Part shown: positions 14,794 to 23,521 of the stretch, in pieces
Layout of the letters: each line of letters opens with the position of its first letter
Numbering within the stretch: the first letter of the stretch is position 1
Virus record (IMG/VR): IMGVR_UViG_3300032329_000263
Span: 1-37,835 of that record
DNA length: 37,835 nt
Source of the DNA: a virus
Taxonomy: Duplodnaviria > Caudoviricetes
Reading direction: 5' to 3' (one strand)
Translations under genes and position numbers: made by a program
The notes under the pieces: model-generated
Told to the model about the DNA's origin: nothing
Seen by the model: the letters and a program-made list of their open reading frames with translations, nothing else
The model's database searches: none

Positions 14794-14978
14794 TGCTGCG
14801 CCTTGACCCGCCGCTGCCCGTCGTGACGCCGCAAGGCAAGGGGCTGGCGCATGTCCTGATTGACTACGGGGCCGAGCACGATTTGTGCTGGGTCGTGTTT
14901 CAGGACAATAGCGAGTGCTGGACGTGGCGCAATCAAGACATCCGCGCGGAGACCAACATAACATTCGGGAGAAAATGA
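14790..14978 (+). CDS. Hypothetical protein (62 aa)
   Basis: MMLRLDPPLPVVTPQGKGLAHVLIDYG..HDLCWVVF; ATGA overlaps. Confidence 0.7.
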   Translation: MMLRLDPPLPVVTPQGKGLAHVLIDYGAEHDLCWVVFQDNSECWTWRNQDIRAETNITFGRK

Positions 14979-15157
14979 TGCCTAAAGACACCACAGAACG
15001 GGACAAGCTCATCGCCCAGCATTACCTCGCCGGGCGCAAGGTGACCGACATCGCAAGCTTGTTCGGTCTCGGTTCCGCTCGCGCAATCCAACGGATCGTT
15101 CGGGCGCAGGGCGCACCGGCACGCAAGAACGGAAGGCCGCGCCATGACCCCGACTGA
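14975..15157 (+). CDS. Small HTH DNA-binding protein
   Basis: RDKLIAQHYLAGRKVTDIASLFGLGSARAIQRIV HTH pattern. Confidence 0.6.
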   Translation: MMPKDTTERDKLIAQHYLAGRKVTDIASLFGLGSARAIQRIVRAQGAPARKNGRPRHDPD

Positions 15158-15449
15158 TCACAAGGCCGTCCTGCGGGCCTTGGCGGCCGTCGATGGCTGC
15201 CAAGCAAGCCGCAGAGCGGCAGACCACATCGAGTATCTGGAGCGCCAGCTCACAAGCGCGCGCGACTACCAAGAACAGCTACGCCGCAAGCTAAGCAAAA
15301 CGCGGCACCAACGCGACACGCTGCGGCGTCAATTGATGGGAGAAGAAAATGCTGGAATTTCTGATATACGCGCCAATCATACTGGCGGTCTGGTCGATGG
15401 GCGCAGTGGCAATCGCGATACTGCTGATCCTGCTGTGGCAAGTGCTTAA
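15144..15449 (+). CDS. Coiled-coil hypothetical protein
   Basis: AADHIEYLERQL heptads; GGAAGG RBS. Confidence 0.55.
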   Translation: MTPTDHKAVLRALAAVDGCQASRRAADHIEYLERQLTSARDYQEQLRRKLSKTRHQRDTLRRQLMGEENAGISDIRANHTGGLVDGRSGNRDTADPAVASA

Positions 15450-15459
15450 CAACAGGTGA
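15349..15459 (+). CDS. Small membrane peptide (36 aa), overlapping previous ORF
   Basis: MLEFLIYAPIILAVWSMGAVAIAILLILLWQVLNNR; GGGAG RBS. Confidence 0.5.
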   Translation: MLEFLIYAPIILAVWSMGAVAIAILLILLWQVLNNR

Positions 15460-15536
15460 AACAATAATACTGAAAAAAGACATGCGTCAGACATAAAACC
15501 GCAATAAGCTCCGCCGCGAACGACGGAGGCGGCGAC

Positions 15537-16535
15537 ATGATGTTAAGCCCGGCGGAATTGCAAACTTTAATCGTGCAAATGGGCGGGGCATCGCGCGTCG
15601 CCGAACACATTGGCCGCAACGAAAGTTCAGTCCGATCCGCGTTACGGCGTAACAAGCCGCTTCGCGTATCGGACCTTGTGCGTACTGCCAGCCAGTTAGA
15701 AGCCGAAGTAGCGGCGCTACGTGCCGCGCGCGACGCCAAGCCTCCGATCCGCACGCGCGTCATTCCAGCAAGAGAAGGCCGGTCCACTCGGGTTATCGCT
15801 ATAGGCGACACGCATGATGAGCCGAATATCCCAAAGGACCGCTTCACATGGCTGGCGCGGCATTGTGTCGCACGTATGCCCGACAGAATTGTTCAAATTG
15901 GGGACTTCGCGTCGTGGAACTCGGTGTCGTCTCATGAAGAGCGCGGCAGCCTAGGCTACGCGCAGCGCCCTAGCTTCCAAGAAGACCTGCAATCCTGCGG
16001 CGAGGCGATGGCCGCGTTTTATAAAGAAACGTCCGGCCTAAGCATTCCGCTGGAACTGGTCTGCGGCAACCATGAAGACAGAATCCATCGCTTTGAGAAC
16101 AAAACGCCTGAAACTGTTGGAACTTTATGGGCGCAGTTCGAAGACCTGTGCGCCAGGCATCGCTGGCGACTCCACCCCTACGGTCAATGGCTGATCATTG
16201 ATGGGGTCGGATTCATACATGTGCCGATGAACATCATGGGCCGCCCCTACGGCGGGCAGCAGTCCGAGAACCAGATCGCAAACCATGCCACCCACAGCAT
16301 CGTGTTCGGTCATACGCACCGCGCGTCGTTCCGCAAGACGCCCAAAATCGGCGCTAATAATTCAATCGAAGTCATGAATTTGGGGTCAGCCATGCCGCAC
16401 GGCTACGTGGCCAAATATGCCGGCACGGCGACGACCGGCTGGAGCTATGGCGTGTACGAGCTGGAACTGCGCGGCGGCCACATCGTGTCCTACCAATTCA
16501 CGTCAATGATGCAGCTTGAAGAACTGTACGCCTGA
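15537..16535 (+). CDS. Calcineurin-like metallophosphoesterase with N-terminal HTH
   Basis: GDTHD, GDF, GNHE, H and GHTH motifs; GASRVAEHIGRNESSVRSAL HTH; GGAGG RBS. Confidence 0.85.
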   Translation: MMLSPAELQTLIVQMGGASRVAEHIGRNESSVRSALRRNKPLRVSDLVRTASQLEAEVAALRAARDAKPPIRTRVIPAREGRSTRVIAIGDTHDEPNIPKDRFTWLARHCVARMPDRIVQIGDFASWNSVSSHEERGSLGYAQRPSFQEDLQSCGEAMAAFYKETSGLSIPLELVCGNHEDRIHRFENKTPETVGTLWAQFEDLCARHRWRLHPYGQWLIIDGVGFIHVPMNIMGRPYGGQQSENQIANHATHSIVFGHTHRASFRKTPKIGANNSIEVMNLGSAMPHGYVAKYAGTATTGWSYGVYELELRGGHIVSYQFTSMMQLEELYA

Positions 16536-16753
16536 TGCCGGGGCTACATCCGAACGAGCGCCTGATTCACGATCTTGTGAACGAGTTCCGGTATAAATGG
16601 AGCGGATCGCAGACCGAGTTTCGCTTGGCAGAGGAACTAATCGCGCTAAATCTTGTGATCTTGGCGCAGGAGCAAACGATACAGGAGCTTTTGAAGGACC
16701 GGCATCTGGCATTCTATCGTGAACCCCCAAGAACGGACGCGCCCCATGGATGA
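16535..16753 (+). CDS. Hypothetical protein (72 aa)
   Basis: TGATG coupling to upstream gene. Confidence 0.55.
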   Translation: MPGLHPNERLIHDLVNEFRYKWSGSQTEFRLAEELIALNLVILAQEQTIQELLKDRHLAFYREPPRTDAPHG

Positions 16754-16967
16754 CGACGACAACGACAATGTGGTCCACATCGACGACTCCGAGCCCATGT
16801 TTTTTAGCGACATTGTGTCGCAGCGGGCCATTGCATTCGCAACGCTGGCGCATTTTTCGGAGACATCAGCGGACGCAAAAACAAAAGAGCTGACGCTCTT
16901 GATGATGCAGAAGATCATCACGTCAATCAAAACGCCATCGACGGCGGAACTCAAAACGATAAACTAG
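16746..16967 (+). CDS. Hypothetical protein with acidic N-terminus
   Basis: MDDDDNDNVVHI...; last gene before hairpin. Confidence 0.55.
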   Translation: MDDDDNDNVVHIDDSEPMFFSDIVSQRAIAFATLAHFSETSADAKTKELTLLMMQKIITSIKTPSTAELKTIN

Positions 16968-16971
16968 AAGA

Positions 16972-16996
16972 CCGCCCCGGCTATCAACCGGGGCGG
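16972..16996. terminator. Hairpin between convergent operons
   Basis: ccgccccgg-ctatcaa-ccggggcgg; weak U-tracts. Confidence 0.55.
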
Positions 16997-17001
16997 CGCT
17001 C

Positions 17002-19305
17002 TCACTTTACGATCTTCAAGCTTGGTGTTGCTGGCGTCTCCAGCATGTTGCGCAGCTCCGACTTGCTGTGCTCGCGCGCCACGTCGGGCGCGGCGAAGAC
17101 ATGCTTCTTGGTGCCATGCTGCAACGACGCCAGGCGACCCATGTCAACCCACCCAGCCTCCTTGAGCGCGTGCAGCAGCGCCGCTTGCGGGATCTTGACG
17201 CCAGCCGGAGCCGCTGCCACCAGACGGTCGCAGAGCGCGAAGAAGGGCGAGCCGACCACACCGCGCGAGAACTCGCCCGTACGGGCGCGGATCAGGTCCA
17301 CAAGGTAGGACTCAGCGATGGACATGCCATGCTCCACCAAGTTAGCCTTGAACTCGGTAAAGGGCGGCGCGGCCGCCGGATTGAACTTCGACACGTCACG
17401 GGCGTGCATCCATGCCGCTATCTTCTCAAAGCCGCCCGACTTGTACCAACGCCACAGCTTGTCGGCCTCGGCGGGGTCCATCCTAGGCGCGGTTGACCAC
17501 AAGCAGAACCAACGGCGATCTTGCGAGGGAATGCTGATCGGCACCGGGTCGTTCGTAAACGCAAGGACGAACATGCGGTTCAGCATGTTGTACGGGTGGA
17601 GACCCTTGCGGTTGATGACGATCATGTCCGGCGGGGCGGCGATGACGGGCTTTAGCTTGTTCGCCAGCATCCGACGCGACGCGGCCTCCGGCTCTTTCAG
17701 CTCGTTCAGGATCAGGATCTCGCTTTCAAGCTGGTAGCCCCACTGCGACATCAGCGCATCCGCATCAATCAAGCCACGGTTGCGCAGATGAGGACCGCAG
17801 ACGGCCCACAGGAACGGTGCCCACATGCTGTCCTTGCCGCAGCCCTCGTCACCACCATGCAGCGCCGCGTGGTTGATCTTGACGCTGGGGTTTTGGACCT
17901 TGAAGGCCATCATGTCCAAGACGTGCTCCAGCTCCGCTGGCTCCGGCACCAGCAGCTTGCAATGGTCCAGCCACGGGCTGACGTTGCCGGGCTGGACGCT
18001 CGACACGTCAGGCCGCGCGTTGCGCCAGCGGTTGCCGAACACCTCGCCATCGCGCGCGACCAGCACGGCCTCGCCAGCGGCGTAGGTGACACCGCGCAGC
18101 AGCCGGGCGTTCATCGCTTGGCGGTTTTCATCAAAACAGATCGACGCCTCGACCTTGCGGCCGTTGTGGATCGACTGACAGGGGACGTGGCGATAGATGG
18201 CGTTGAAGGTCGTGCGGCCAAGCTCGCGACAGTCGCGGATGTCGAAGAACGAGTCGTCATCGGAGATGTAGGCGAAGCGTTCGTACCAGTCAGCCTTCTC
18301 AACGCGGCCCAGCTCTTTGCGCTCGACCTCGGCAACGACCTTGGCCGCCTCGTCTGAAAACATGTCGGTCGGCGTCAGCTTGGACAGCGTGTTGCTCATA
18401 TGCTCAGCCAGCAGCTCGTCGCGCAGGCCAGGATTGACGCGCGGCCCACCATTATCGCAGACCCAGCGCAAGAACGCACGGCTGTTGAAGTCCTCGCAGT
18501 GGCCGTGGTAGCAGCAGAACGAGCGGTCCAGCGGCTTGTAGCGCGCTTCGATCTGGCCGTCCGTGTGCTGGGCGCTGTTCGGGCAGACGACGCCCATCCA
18601 GCCCTCGCCGTTGACGTTGGACAGGACCAGCCCCTTGTCGTTCAGCCAGTCAAGCACGCTGTCCTTGCCGGTGTCGCGCAGGCGGAAGCTCACGCCCTGC
18701 GCTGTGTCGGCCTCAGCTGGCGTCACACCAAGCGCGGCGCAGATCTCCGGCAGCGTGAACTCGCGCTCACGATGGAACGACACCAGACGCGACACGAAGC
18801 CATCGCGGCCGGGCTTCAGATTGACCGATCCGGGAATGCGGAAGTTGCGCACGGCGTTGGTCGCGCCGGGGTCGGTGTAGCCTGCGGCCGCAATCGCCTT
18901 GATTGCTGCGGTGAATTCGCACTTGGTCGGCTGGTCAGCGAAAGCGTAGCCCCACTGGAACGATCCGGGCGAAGTCTCAATGACCCACGTCGGCGGCAAC
19001 GGCGGCTCCTTCGCCTTCGTGCCGACATCGTCCAGCATTAACACAAGCACGAACTCGCAGTTGGACGCGCTGGCGCTCGGCTGGCCTTCGGTAAAGCGGT
19101 CAACGATAAACGACCCGGTGTTCATATACCAGGCTTCGCCCGCCTTCGGCGTGCGCGTCGGCAGGTACGCAGGCCACGTATATTTCAACGTCCCGTCGCC
19201 ATGCGTCACTTGCTTGCCGTTGTGCATGACCGGCTTCTGCTTGACCAGCAGCGGCGTCTCGCCGTGCTCCGCCAGCCCTTGGATAAATTCAATAAAGTCT
19301 CGCAT
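17002..19305 (-). CDS. Primase-helicase (RepB-like primase, Zn finger, SF3/DUF5906-type helicase)
   Basis: LMLDD, IETSPGSFQW, RNFRIPGSVN primase motifs; CP..H..C.HGHC Zn finger; Walker A GDEGCGKD; ILNE Walker B; DRRW arginine finger. Confidence 0.85.
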   Translation of the reverse strand: MRDFIEFIQGLAEHGETPLLVKQKPVMHNGKQVTHGDGTLKYTWPAYLPTRTPKAGEAWYMNTGSFIVDRFTEGQPSASASNCEFVLVLMLDDVGTKAKEPPLPPTWVIETSPGSFQWGYAFADQPTKCEFTAAIKAIAAAGYTDPGATNAVRNFRIPGSVNLKPGRDGFVSRLVSFHREREFTLPEICAALGVTPAEADTAQGVSFRLRDTGKDSVLDWLNDKGLVLSNVNGEGWMGVVCPNSAQHTDGQIEARYKPLDRSFCCYHGHCEDFNSRAFLRWVCDNGGPRVNPGLRDELLAEHMSNTLSKLTPTDMFSDEAAKVVAEVERKELGRVEKADWYERFAYISDDDSFFDIRDCRELGRTTFNAIYRHVPCQSIHNGRKVEASICFDENRQAMNARLLRGVTYAAGEAVLVARDGEVFGNRWRNARPDVSSVQPGNVSPWLDHCKLLVPEPAELEHVLDMMAFKVQNPSVKINHAALHGGDEGCGKDSMWAPFLWAVCGPHLRNRGLIDADALMSQWGYQLESEILILNELKEPEAASRRMLANKLKPVIAAPPDMIVINRKGLHPYNMLNRMFVLAFTNDPVPISIPSQDRRWFCLWSTAPRMDPAEADKLWRWYKSGGFEKIAAWMHARDVSKFNPAAAPPFTEFKANLVEHGMSIAESYLVDLIRARTGEFSRGVVGSPFFALCDRLVAAAPAGVKIPQAALLHALKEAGWVDMGRLASLQHGTKKHVFAAPDVAREHSKSELRNMLETPATPSLKIVK

Positions 19306-19323
19306 GTGATCCGTTCTCCCCGT

Positions 19324-21291
19324 TTATTTCCCGTAACGTCTCATCGTGTGCGCCTCAATGCCGAGTGGTATTCCCTCGGCCCACGTCGGTGTGGAGCACA
19401 TGATCCGCTTCATCGCCTCGACCGTACGGTCGGGGTCGTCCGTCTCTAGGACGATTTCGTCGTGGACGTGCAGCACGGGTTCAAACCCCTCTGCGTCCAG
19501 CATCCGCAGCGAATAGCGCAACAGGTCGTTGGCCGTCGCTTGCGTCACGTTCTCACACGCCAGCCCACGCCAGAGGCGCGCGCGTGGCCATTCCTTCGCA
19601 TCTGCTGCGGGCTTCCACGCGGCCTTGGCGTAGGTAACACCCTCGGCCTCCAGACGCGCGAACGGATAGCAGAGCACGCGGCCGGAAGGCAAAGCGTACC
19701 AGAGGTGCGTTCCGTCGAACAAGTAGGTAATCCGGCCAGCCGTAAACTCATGGCCCTTGTGGCGCATGGCGCGCGTATACGCCTGCTCTAGGTCTTGCCA
19801 GAACGGCATGGCCCAAGTGTTCGCCTTGCGCCAGCCGTTGACCATGCGCTTCGCCTCTGGCTCTGGCAGCGACAGGCCGTAGACGCGGCCCATGGCAGCG
19901 AACGCACCGACACCGCCAGCGAAGCCACAGGCAAGCTCTTGAACTTTTCCAACTTGGCGCTGGTCAGGCGTCACGTCGTCAAACTCGACGCGGAACGTCG
20001 CCATGGCGTTGGCCTTGTAGACATCGCGGCCCGTGCGGAACAGCTCCAGCTTGGCGTCGCCCTTGCCCGACAGCCACGGGTTGACGCGCGCCTCAATGGA
20101 AGACCAATCGGCCACGGCGAGCCAGTTGCCATCGCTCGCCAGCAGCGCCGGGCGCAACATGCCCTTCAGCACGTCGGTGACGCGGCGGCCGTACTGCGGC
20201 ACGATCTTGTGACCGCGCACCATGGCAGCGCGCGTCTCGTCTGGCTCCTTGGCGCACTTGCGGGCGAAGTTGTGCACCTGCGCGCCGTAGGACGACGCGC
20301 GACCGGTAGCCGCACCGCCAGCGAACACGAACGCGCCACGGACGCGGTGGTCCTCGTCGTCGGCCAGCGCAGCCAAGCGGCTGAACTTCGCCACGCTGGA
20401 CGCCCACAGGTCATCGGCGCACTGGATCACCTCGGCCACGTCGTGCGGCACCTCGTCAGGGTTCTCGGCGGCAAACGTCAACAGGTTGGCGCGGACGTTC
20501 TTGTCGATGGACATCTTCTCGACGCCGTCCTTGTGGACGGTCATCAGCTTCAGCGCCTCGGGACCGACGCGGTCCTGCACCCATTGGCGCATCTTCGGGC
20601 TGCGCACGCTGGTGATGGCACCCTCCGTCACCTCGGCCACAATCTGCTGGATCTCGGCCAGCTCGTCGCTGGCGTATTTGACCGCTGCGTTGCACAGCGC
20701 CAGATCGACGCGCACGCCCCTGTCGTTGATGCGCTCGTTGACGTGGTAGTCGGCCAGCTCTTCCGCCGACAGGTCGCGCAGGCTACGGCTGATGGCGCGC
20801 ATGGCACGGACATCTTGGCTGCAATAATCGATCATCTCGGCCATCAGCGTCGGATCGTCGTTGAACGTCCCGTCACCGCGTGGCACCGACAGCGCCCGGA
20901 TCAACTGCGATCCGCGATGGTCCTTCTTCATGGTCGCGCCAGCAAAGCGGCCCACGTCCTCCAGCGATCCTGGCGCGCAGTTGGCGCGGGCTTGCGTCGC
21001 CGTGCAGTAGAACTGCGTCAGCGACGGCTCGCGGATGCCATGGTCGGGGCACAGCACGAACCAAAAGATAAGCCGCTCGAAGGCGGCGTTGTGTGCTCTG
21101 ATCTGTCCTGTGTGCTCCGCGACGCGACGCGGGAACGGCTGGTCTGGCGTCCAAGTGACGACCTCGTCGTCATCGAACGCATAGGACATGCACAGCACGG
21201 ACGTGGAGCGGTCCTGTGCGTAATTGTAGACACCGCGCGCGCGAAGGTCGCAGCGGCTGCGCGTTTCGAAATCAAGCCAGAGTGTTGTCAT
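19324..21291 (-). CDS. DNA polymerase family A with 3'-5' exonuclease
   Basis: LDFET/AHNAAFE/YCSQDV exonuclease motifs; motif A ADWSSIEARV; motif B RQVGKVQELACGF; motif C HVHDEIV. Confidence 0.93.
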   Translation of the reverse strand: MTTLWLDFETRSRCDLRARGVYNYAQDRSTSVLCMSYAFDDDEVVTWTPDQPFPRRVAEHTGQIRAHNAAFERLIFWFVLCPDHGIREPSLTQFYCTATQARANCAPGSLEDVGRFAGATMKKDHRGSQLIRALSVPRGDGTFNDDPTLMAEMIDYCSQDVRAMRAISRSLRDLSAEELADYHVNERINDRGVRVDLALCNAAVKYASDELAEIQQIVAEVTEGAITSVRSPKMRQWVQDRVGPEALKLMTVHKDGVEKMSIDKNVRANLLTFAAENPDEVPHDVAEVIQCADDLWASSVAKFSRLAALADDEDHRVRGAFVFAGGAATGRASSYGAQVHNFARKCAKEPDETRAAMVRGHKIVPQYGRRVTDVLKGMLRPALLASDGNWLAVADWSSIEARVNPWLSGKGDAKLELFRTGRDVYKANAMATFRVEFDDVTPDQRQVGKVQELACGFAGGVGAFAAMGRVYGLSLPEPEAKRMVNGWRKANTWAMPFWQDLEQAYTRAMRHKGHEFTAGRITYLFDGTHLWYALPSGRVLCYPFARLEAEGVTYAKAAWKPAADAKEWPRARLWRGLACENVTQATANDLLRYSLRMLDAEGFEPVLHVHDEIVLETDDPDRTVEAMKRIMCSTPTWAEGIPLGIEAHTMRRYGK

Positions 21292-21309
21292 GATCTTGCA
21301 CAGTTACTC

Positions 21310-21344
21310 GCGGGCGCTGCTGGGGGAGGGGCAGCAGCGCCCGC
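21310..21344. other. Perfect 13-bp stem-loop between SSB and polymerase genes
   Basis: gcgggcgctgctg-N9-cagcagcgcccgc. Confidence 0.6.
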
Positions 21345-21356
21345 TTTCACTCTCCC

Positions 21357-22013
21357 TTACGCGCGGCGACGGCGACGCGAATCAGCGGGAGCTTCAGCCG
21401 GAGCGTCAGCGACGGGAGGCGCGTCTGCTTCGGTCGAACCGCCATCCATGCCCATCCACTCCACGATGTCAAACACCGGAGTGTAGATGCGGCCATAGGA
21501 CTTGTGCATATAGTGCTCTTTCTTCAGACGAACGACCGGAACCGGCTTCGTCTGGTCCTTCTCGACCTGGCTGGCGATGGCGAGCGCCAGCGCCTGCACA
21601 GCACGCTTGCCACCAACGGACGTGACCGTATAGCGGGCTTCCATGTCCTTGTCATCACCGGACACGCACTTCAGCGACATGCCGACTTGCGTCTCCCAGC
21701 CACGCTTGGCACCCGCCGGGGCGGCGTCAAGCTCGGGCAGCGGTGACGACACCGGCACCATCTTCTCGCCCAACACGTCACCCTCGCCCCAAGCAATAAA
21801 GCCGTGGACGAACGAGAACGGGTTGATGGCCCAAGTTGCGCCGTCTTCGACCTCGGTCTGGTCAGCGCCGAACACCCAGTGCCCGGTCTTGTCCATCTTG
21901 AGGATGACGTTGCCACCAGCGTCAGAAACGCCGGTCTTGATGCCGCGAAGCGAGTCGGCCAGCGAGGCGGCGGAGGGAAGGTTAGCGTTGCCGAAAACAG
22001 TGAGATTTGACAT
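21357..22013 (-). CDS. Probable single-stranded DNA-binding protein
   Basis: Position between nuclease and polymerase; aromatic beta-rich core (YMHKSYGRIYTPVF), flexible tail; function inferred from synteny. Confidence 0.55.
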   Translation of the reverse strand: MSNLTVFGNANLPSAASLADSLRGIKTGVSDAGGNVILKMDKTGHWVFGADQTEVEDGATWAINPFSFVHGFIAWGEGDVLGEKMVPVSSPLPELDAAPAGAKRGWETQVGMSLKCVSGDDKDMEARYTVTSVGGKRAVQALALAIASQVEKDQTKPVPVVRLKKEHYMHKSYGRIYTPVFDIVEWMGMDGGSTEADAPPVADAPAEAPADSRRRRRA

Positions 22014-22024
22014 CTGGTTTTCCT

Positions 22025-23155
22025 TTAGACGAGTTTACCAAGAGCGGAAGCAAGCTGCTTGCCGATCTGCATCACCGCTGGGCGAGGATCATCCTCGGTT
22101 ACCAGAGTGTTGCCCGTTGAGATGGACACGACGAGGTCAGCAGGCAGCGGAACCTTCTGCTTCTTGAGCAGCTTCTCCGCCTTCGCCGGACTGATAACCG
22201 TCGTCTCCACCAATTCTCTAGTAGGCCATCCGAGCGCCTCAAGCGCCTCAAGCGCCTTGTCGTCGTCGATCCACTTGCGCGTCGAACGCTTCGGCACCAG
22301 CTTATAGCCTGGCACCGACAGACCTTCATCAAGCATCTGATACGCTAGTTCGTTCACGCCGCTGATCCACGCTTCAAGCAGTTCAGCCTGCTTAAGATAG
22401 ACACCAATCTGCGCCGCGTCTATGGCGTGCAGCTTATTTTTTAACGCCCTGTCCACGGCTCCGGTCATGACCGGGCAGACCGGCTTGGCGGCGCACCAGC
22501 GGCAATGATCTCCAGACGATAGCGCGGCGTCGGGAAGCTGCGAGGTCTTGACAGCGATAAACAGTTCACGTTCAAACGACGCAATCCGCGAGACGTGCGT
22601 CACCCAACGCTTGACACTGGGCGGCTGCACGATGATGCACTCGATCTCGGTCACGCCTTGGAACGCCCACATCGTAGCGGGCGTGCGCATGGCGGCCGCT
22701 GCGTAGAACATCGCCTGCGCGTTTTCTTCAACATCCACGGCGACGCCAGAGCCGAACTTCCAGTCAAGGACAATAGCGCGGTTACCCAACCGCCCGATCA
22801 GATCGGCGGAACCGAACACACCCGGCAACGCGGTGTCGAAACCGACGACCTGCTCGACGGCATATTCCATCTCTTTGTTGGGGTCGATGTCGTTCAGCGC
22901 GTCAAGCGCCGGGCGCAGTTTGGCGTCGATCAGGTCTTGGTCGAGCGTGATGCCCTCGTAGACCGTGCCGAGATAGCTTTCAGGCGTGCGGTCGGTCGTC
23001 AAAATCTCCGCGATGACGTTGTGAAGTAGCGTGCCTTCGTCCGCGTATTTGCTGGACGGTTTGGGCGGCATCTGCTGGACGAGCGCAACCGAGCCGGGGC
23101 AGGAGATGACGCGCTTGGCTGTGGAGCCGCCGACGATAGAAGAGTGTTGTGCCAT
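22025..23155 (-). CDS. Cas4-like PD-(D/E)xK exonuclease (DUF2800)
   Basis: Start MAQHSSIVGGS; CPGS, EGTLLH, FGSAD, LDWKFG, Q..FYA, HCRWC...C. Confidence 0.85.
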   Translation of the reverse strand: MAQHSSIVGGSTAKRVISCPGSVALVQQMPPKPSSKYADEGTLLHNVIAEILTTDRTPESYLGTVYEGITLDQDLIDAKLRPALDALNDIDPNKEMEYAVEQVVGFDTALPGVFGSADLIGRLGNRAIVLDWKFGSGVAVDVEENAQAMFYAAAAMRTPATMWAFQGVTEIECIIVQPPSVKRWVTHVSRIASFERELFIAVKTSQLPDAALSSGDHCRWCAAKPVCPVMTGAVDRALKNKLHAIDAAQIGVYLKQAELLEAWISGVNELAYQMLDEGLSVPGYKLVPKRSTRKWIDDDKALEALEALGWPTRELVETTVISPAKAEKLLKKQKVPLPADLVVSISTGNTLVTEDDPRPAVMQIGKQLASALGKLV

Positions 23156-23186
23156 CAGTGAACCTTTCGTGTTTTTGACAAGCCAG

Positions 23187-23230
23187 ACGCTAGACAATGT
23201 TTGGCCCCTGTGCAATAGCTTTTTTTGCAA
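23187..23230 (-). promoter_or_regulatory. Promoter of leftward replication operon
   Basis: Minus strand TTGCAA-N9-TTGCAC-N17-TAGCGT in divergent intergenic gap. Confidence 0.45.
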
Positions 23231-23242
23231 CGGGAGCGGAAA

Positions 23243-23521
23243 ATGTTGGAAAAAGAAATTGAAGCATACTTCATCTGGACGGTCGCCCGCATGGGCGGGC
23301 GGACGTACAAGTTCAAATCGCCCAACCTGCGCGGCGTGTCGGACCAGATCGCGTGTCTGCCCAACGGCCAGACGTGGTTTGTGGAGTTGAAGAAGAAAGG
23401 CGGGCGGCTGGCACCGCTCCAGACCAAGTTCGCCGCTGACATGCTGACGCTGCAACAGGACTACGCCTGCCTGTGGTCGCGCGAAGAGATCAACGAGTGG
23501 GCGCGGGAGACGGGCTTGTGA
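23243..23521 (+). CDS. VRR-NUC domain nuclease
   Basis: EKEIE...GGRTYKF.SP..RGVSD...FVELK..GGRL..LQ. Confidence 0.85.
   Translation: MLEKEIEAYFIWTVARMGGRTYKFKSPNLRGVSDQIACLPNGQTWFVELKKKGGRLAPLQTKFAADMLTLQQDYACLWSREEINEWARETGL

Noticed and set aside
19795-21486. 563-aa plus-strand ORF
   Set aside because: Antisense shadow of the DNA polymerase; no motifs.
22025-23155. CRISPR-associated Cas4
   Set aside because: Typical phage DUF2800 nuclease in a replication operon; no cas1/cas2 or array.
23156-23455. 100-aa N-terminal extension of the Cas4-like ORF in the track
   Set aside because: Overlaps the VRR-NUC gene on the other strand; the RBS (GAAAGG) and promoter support the start at 23155.
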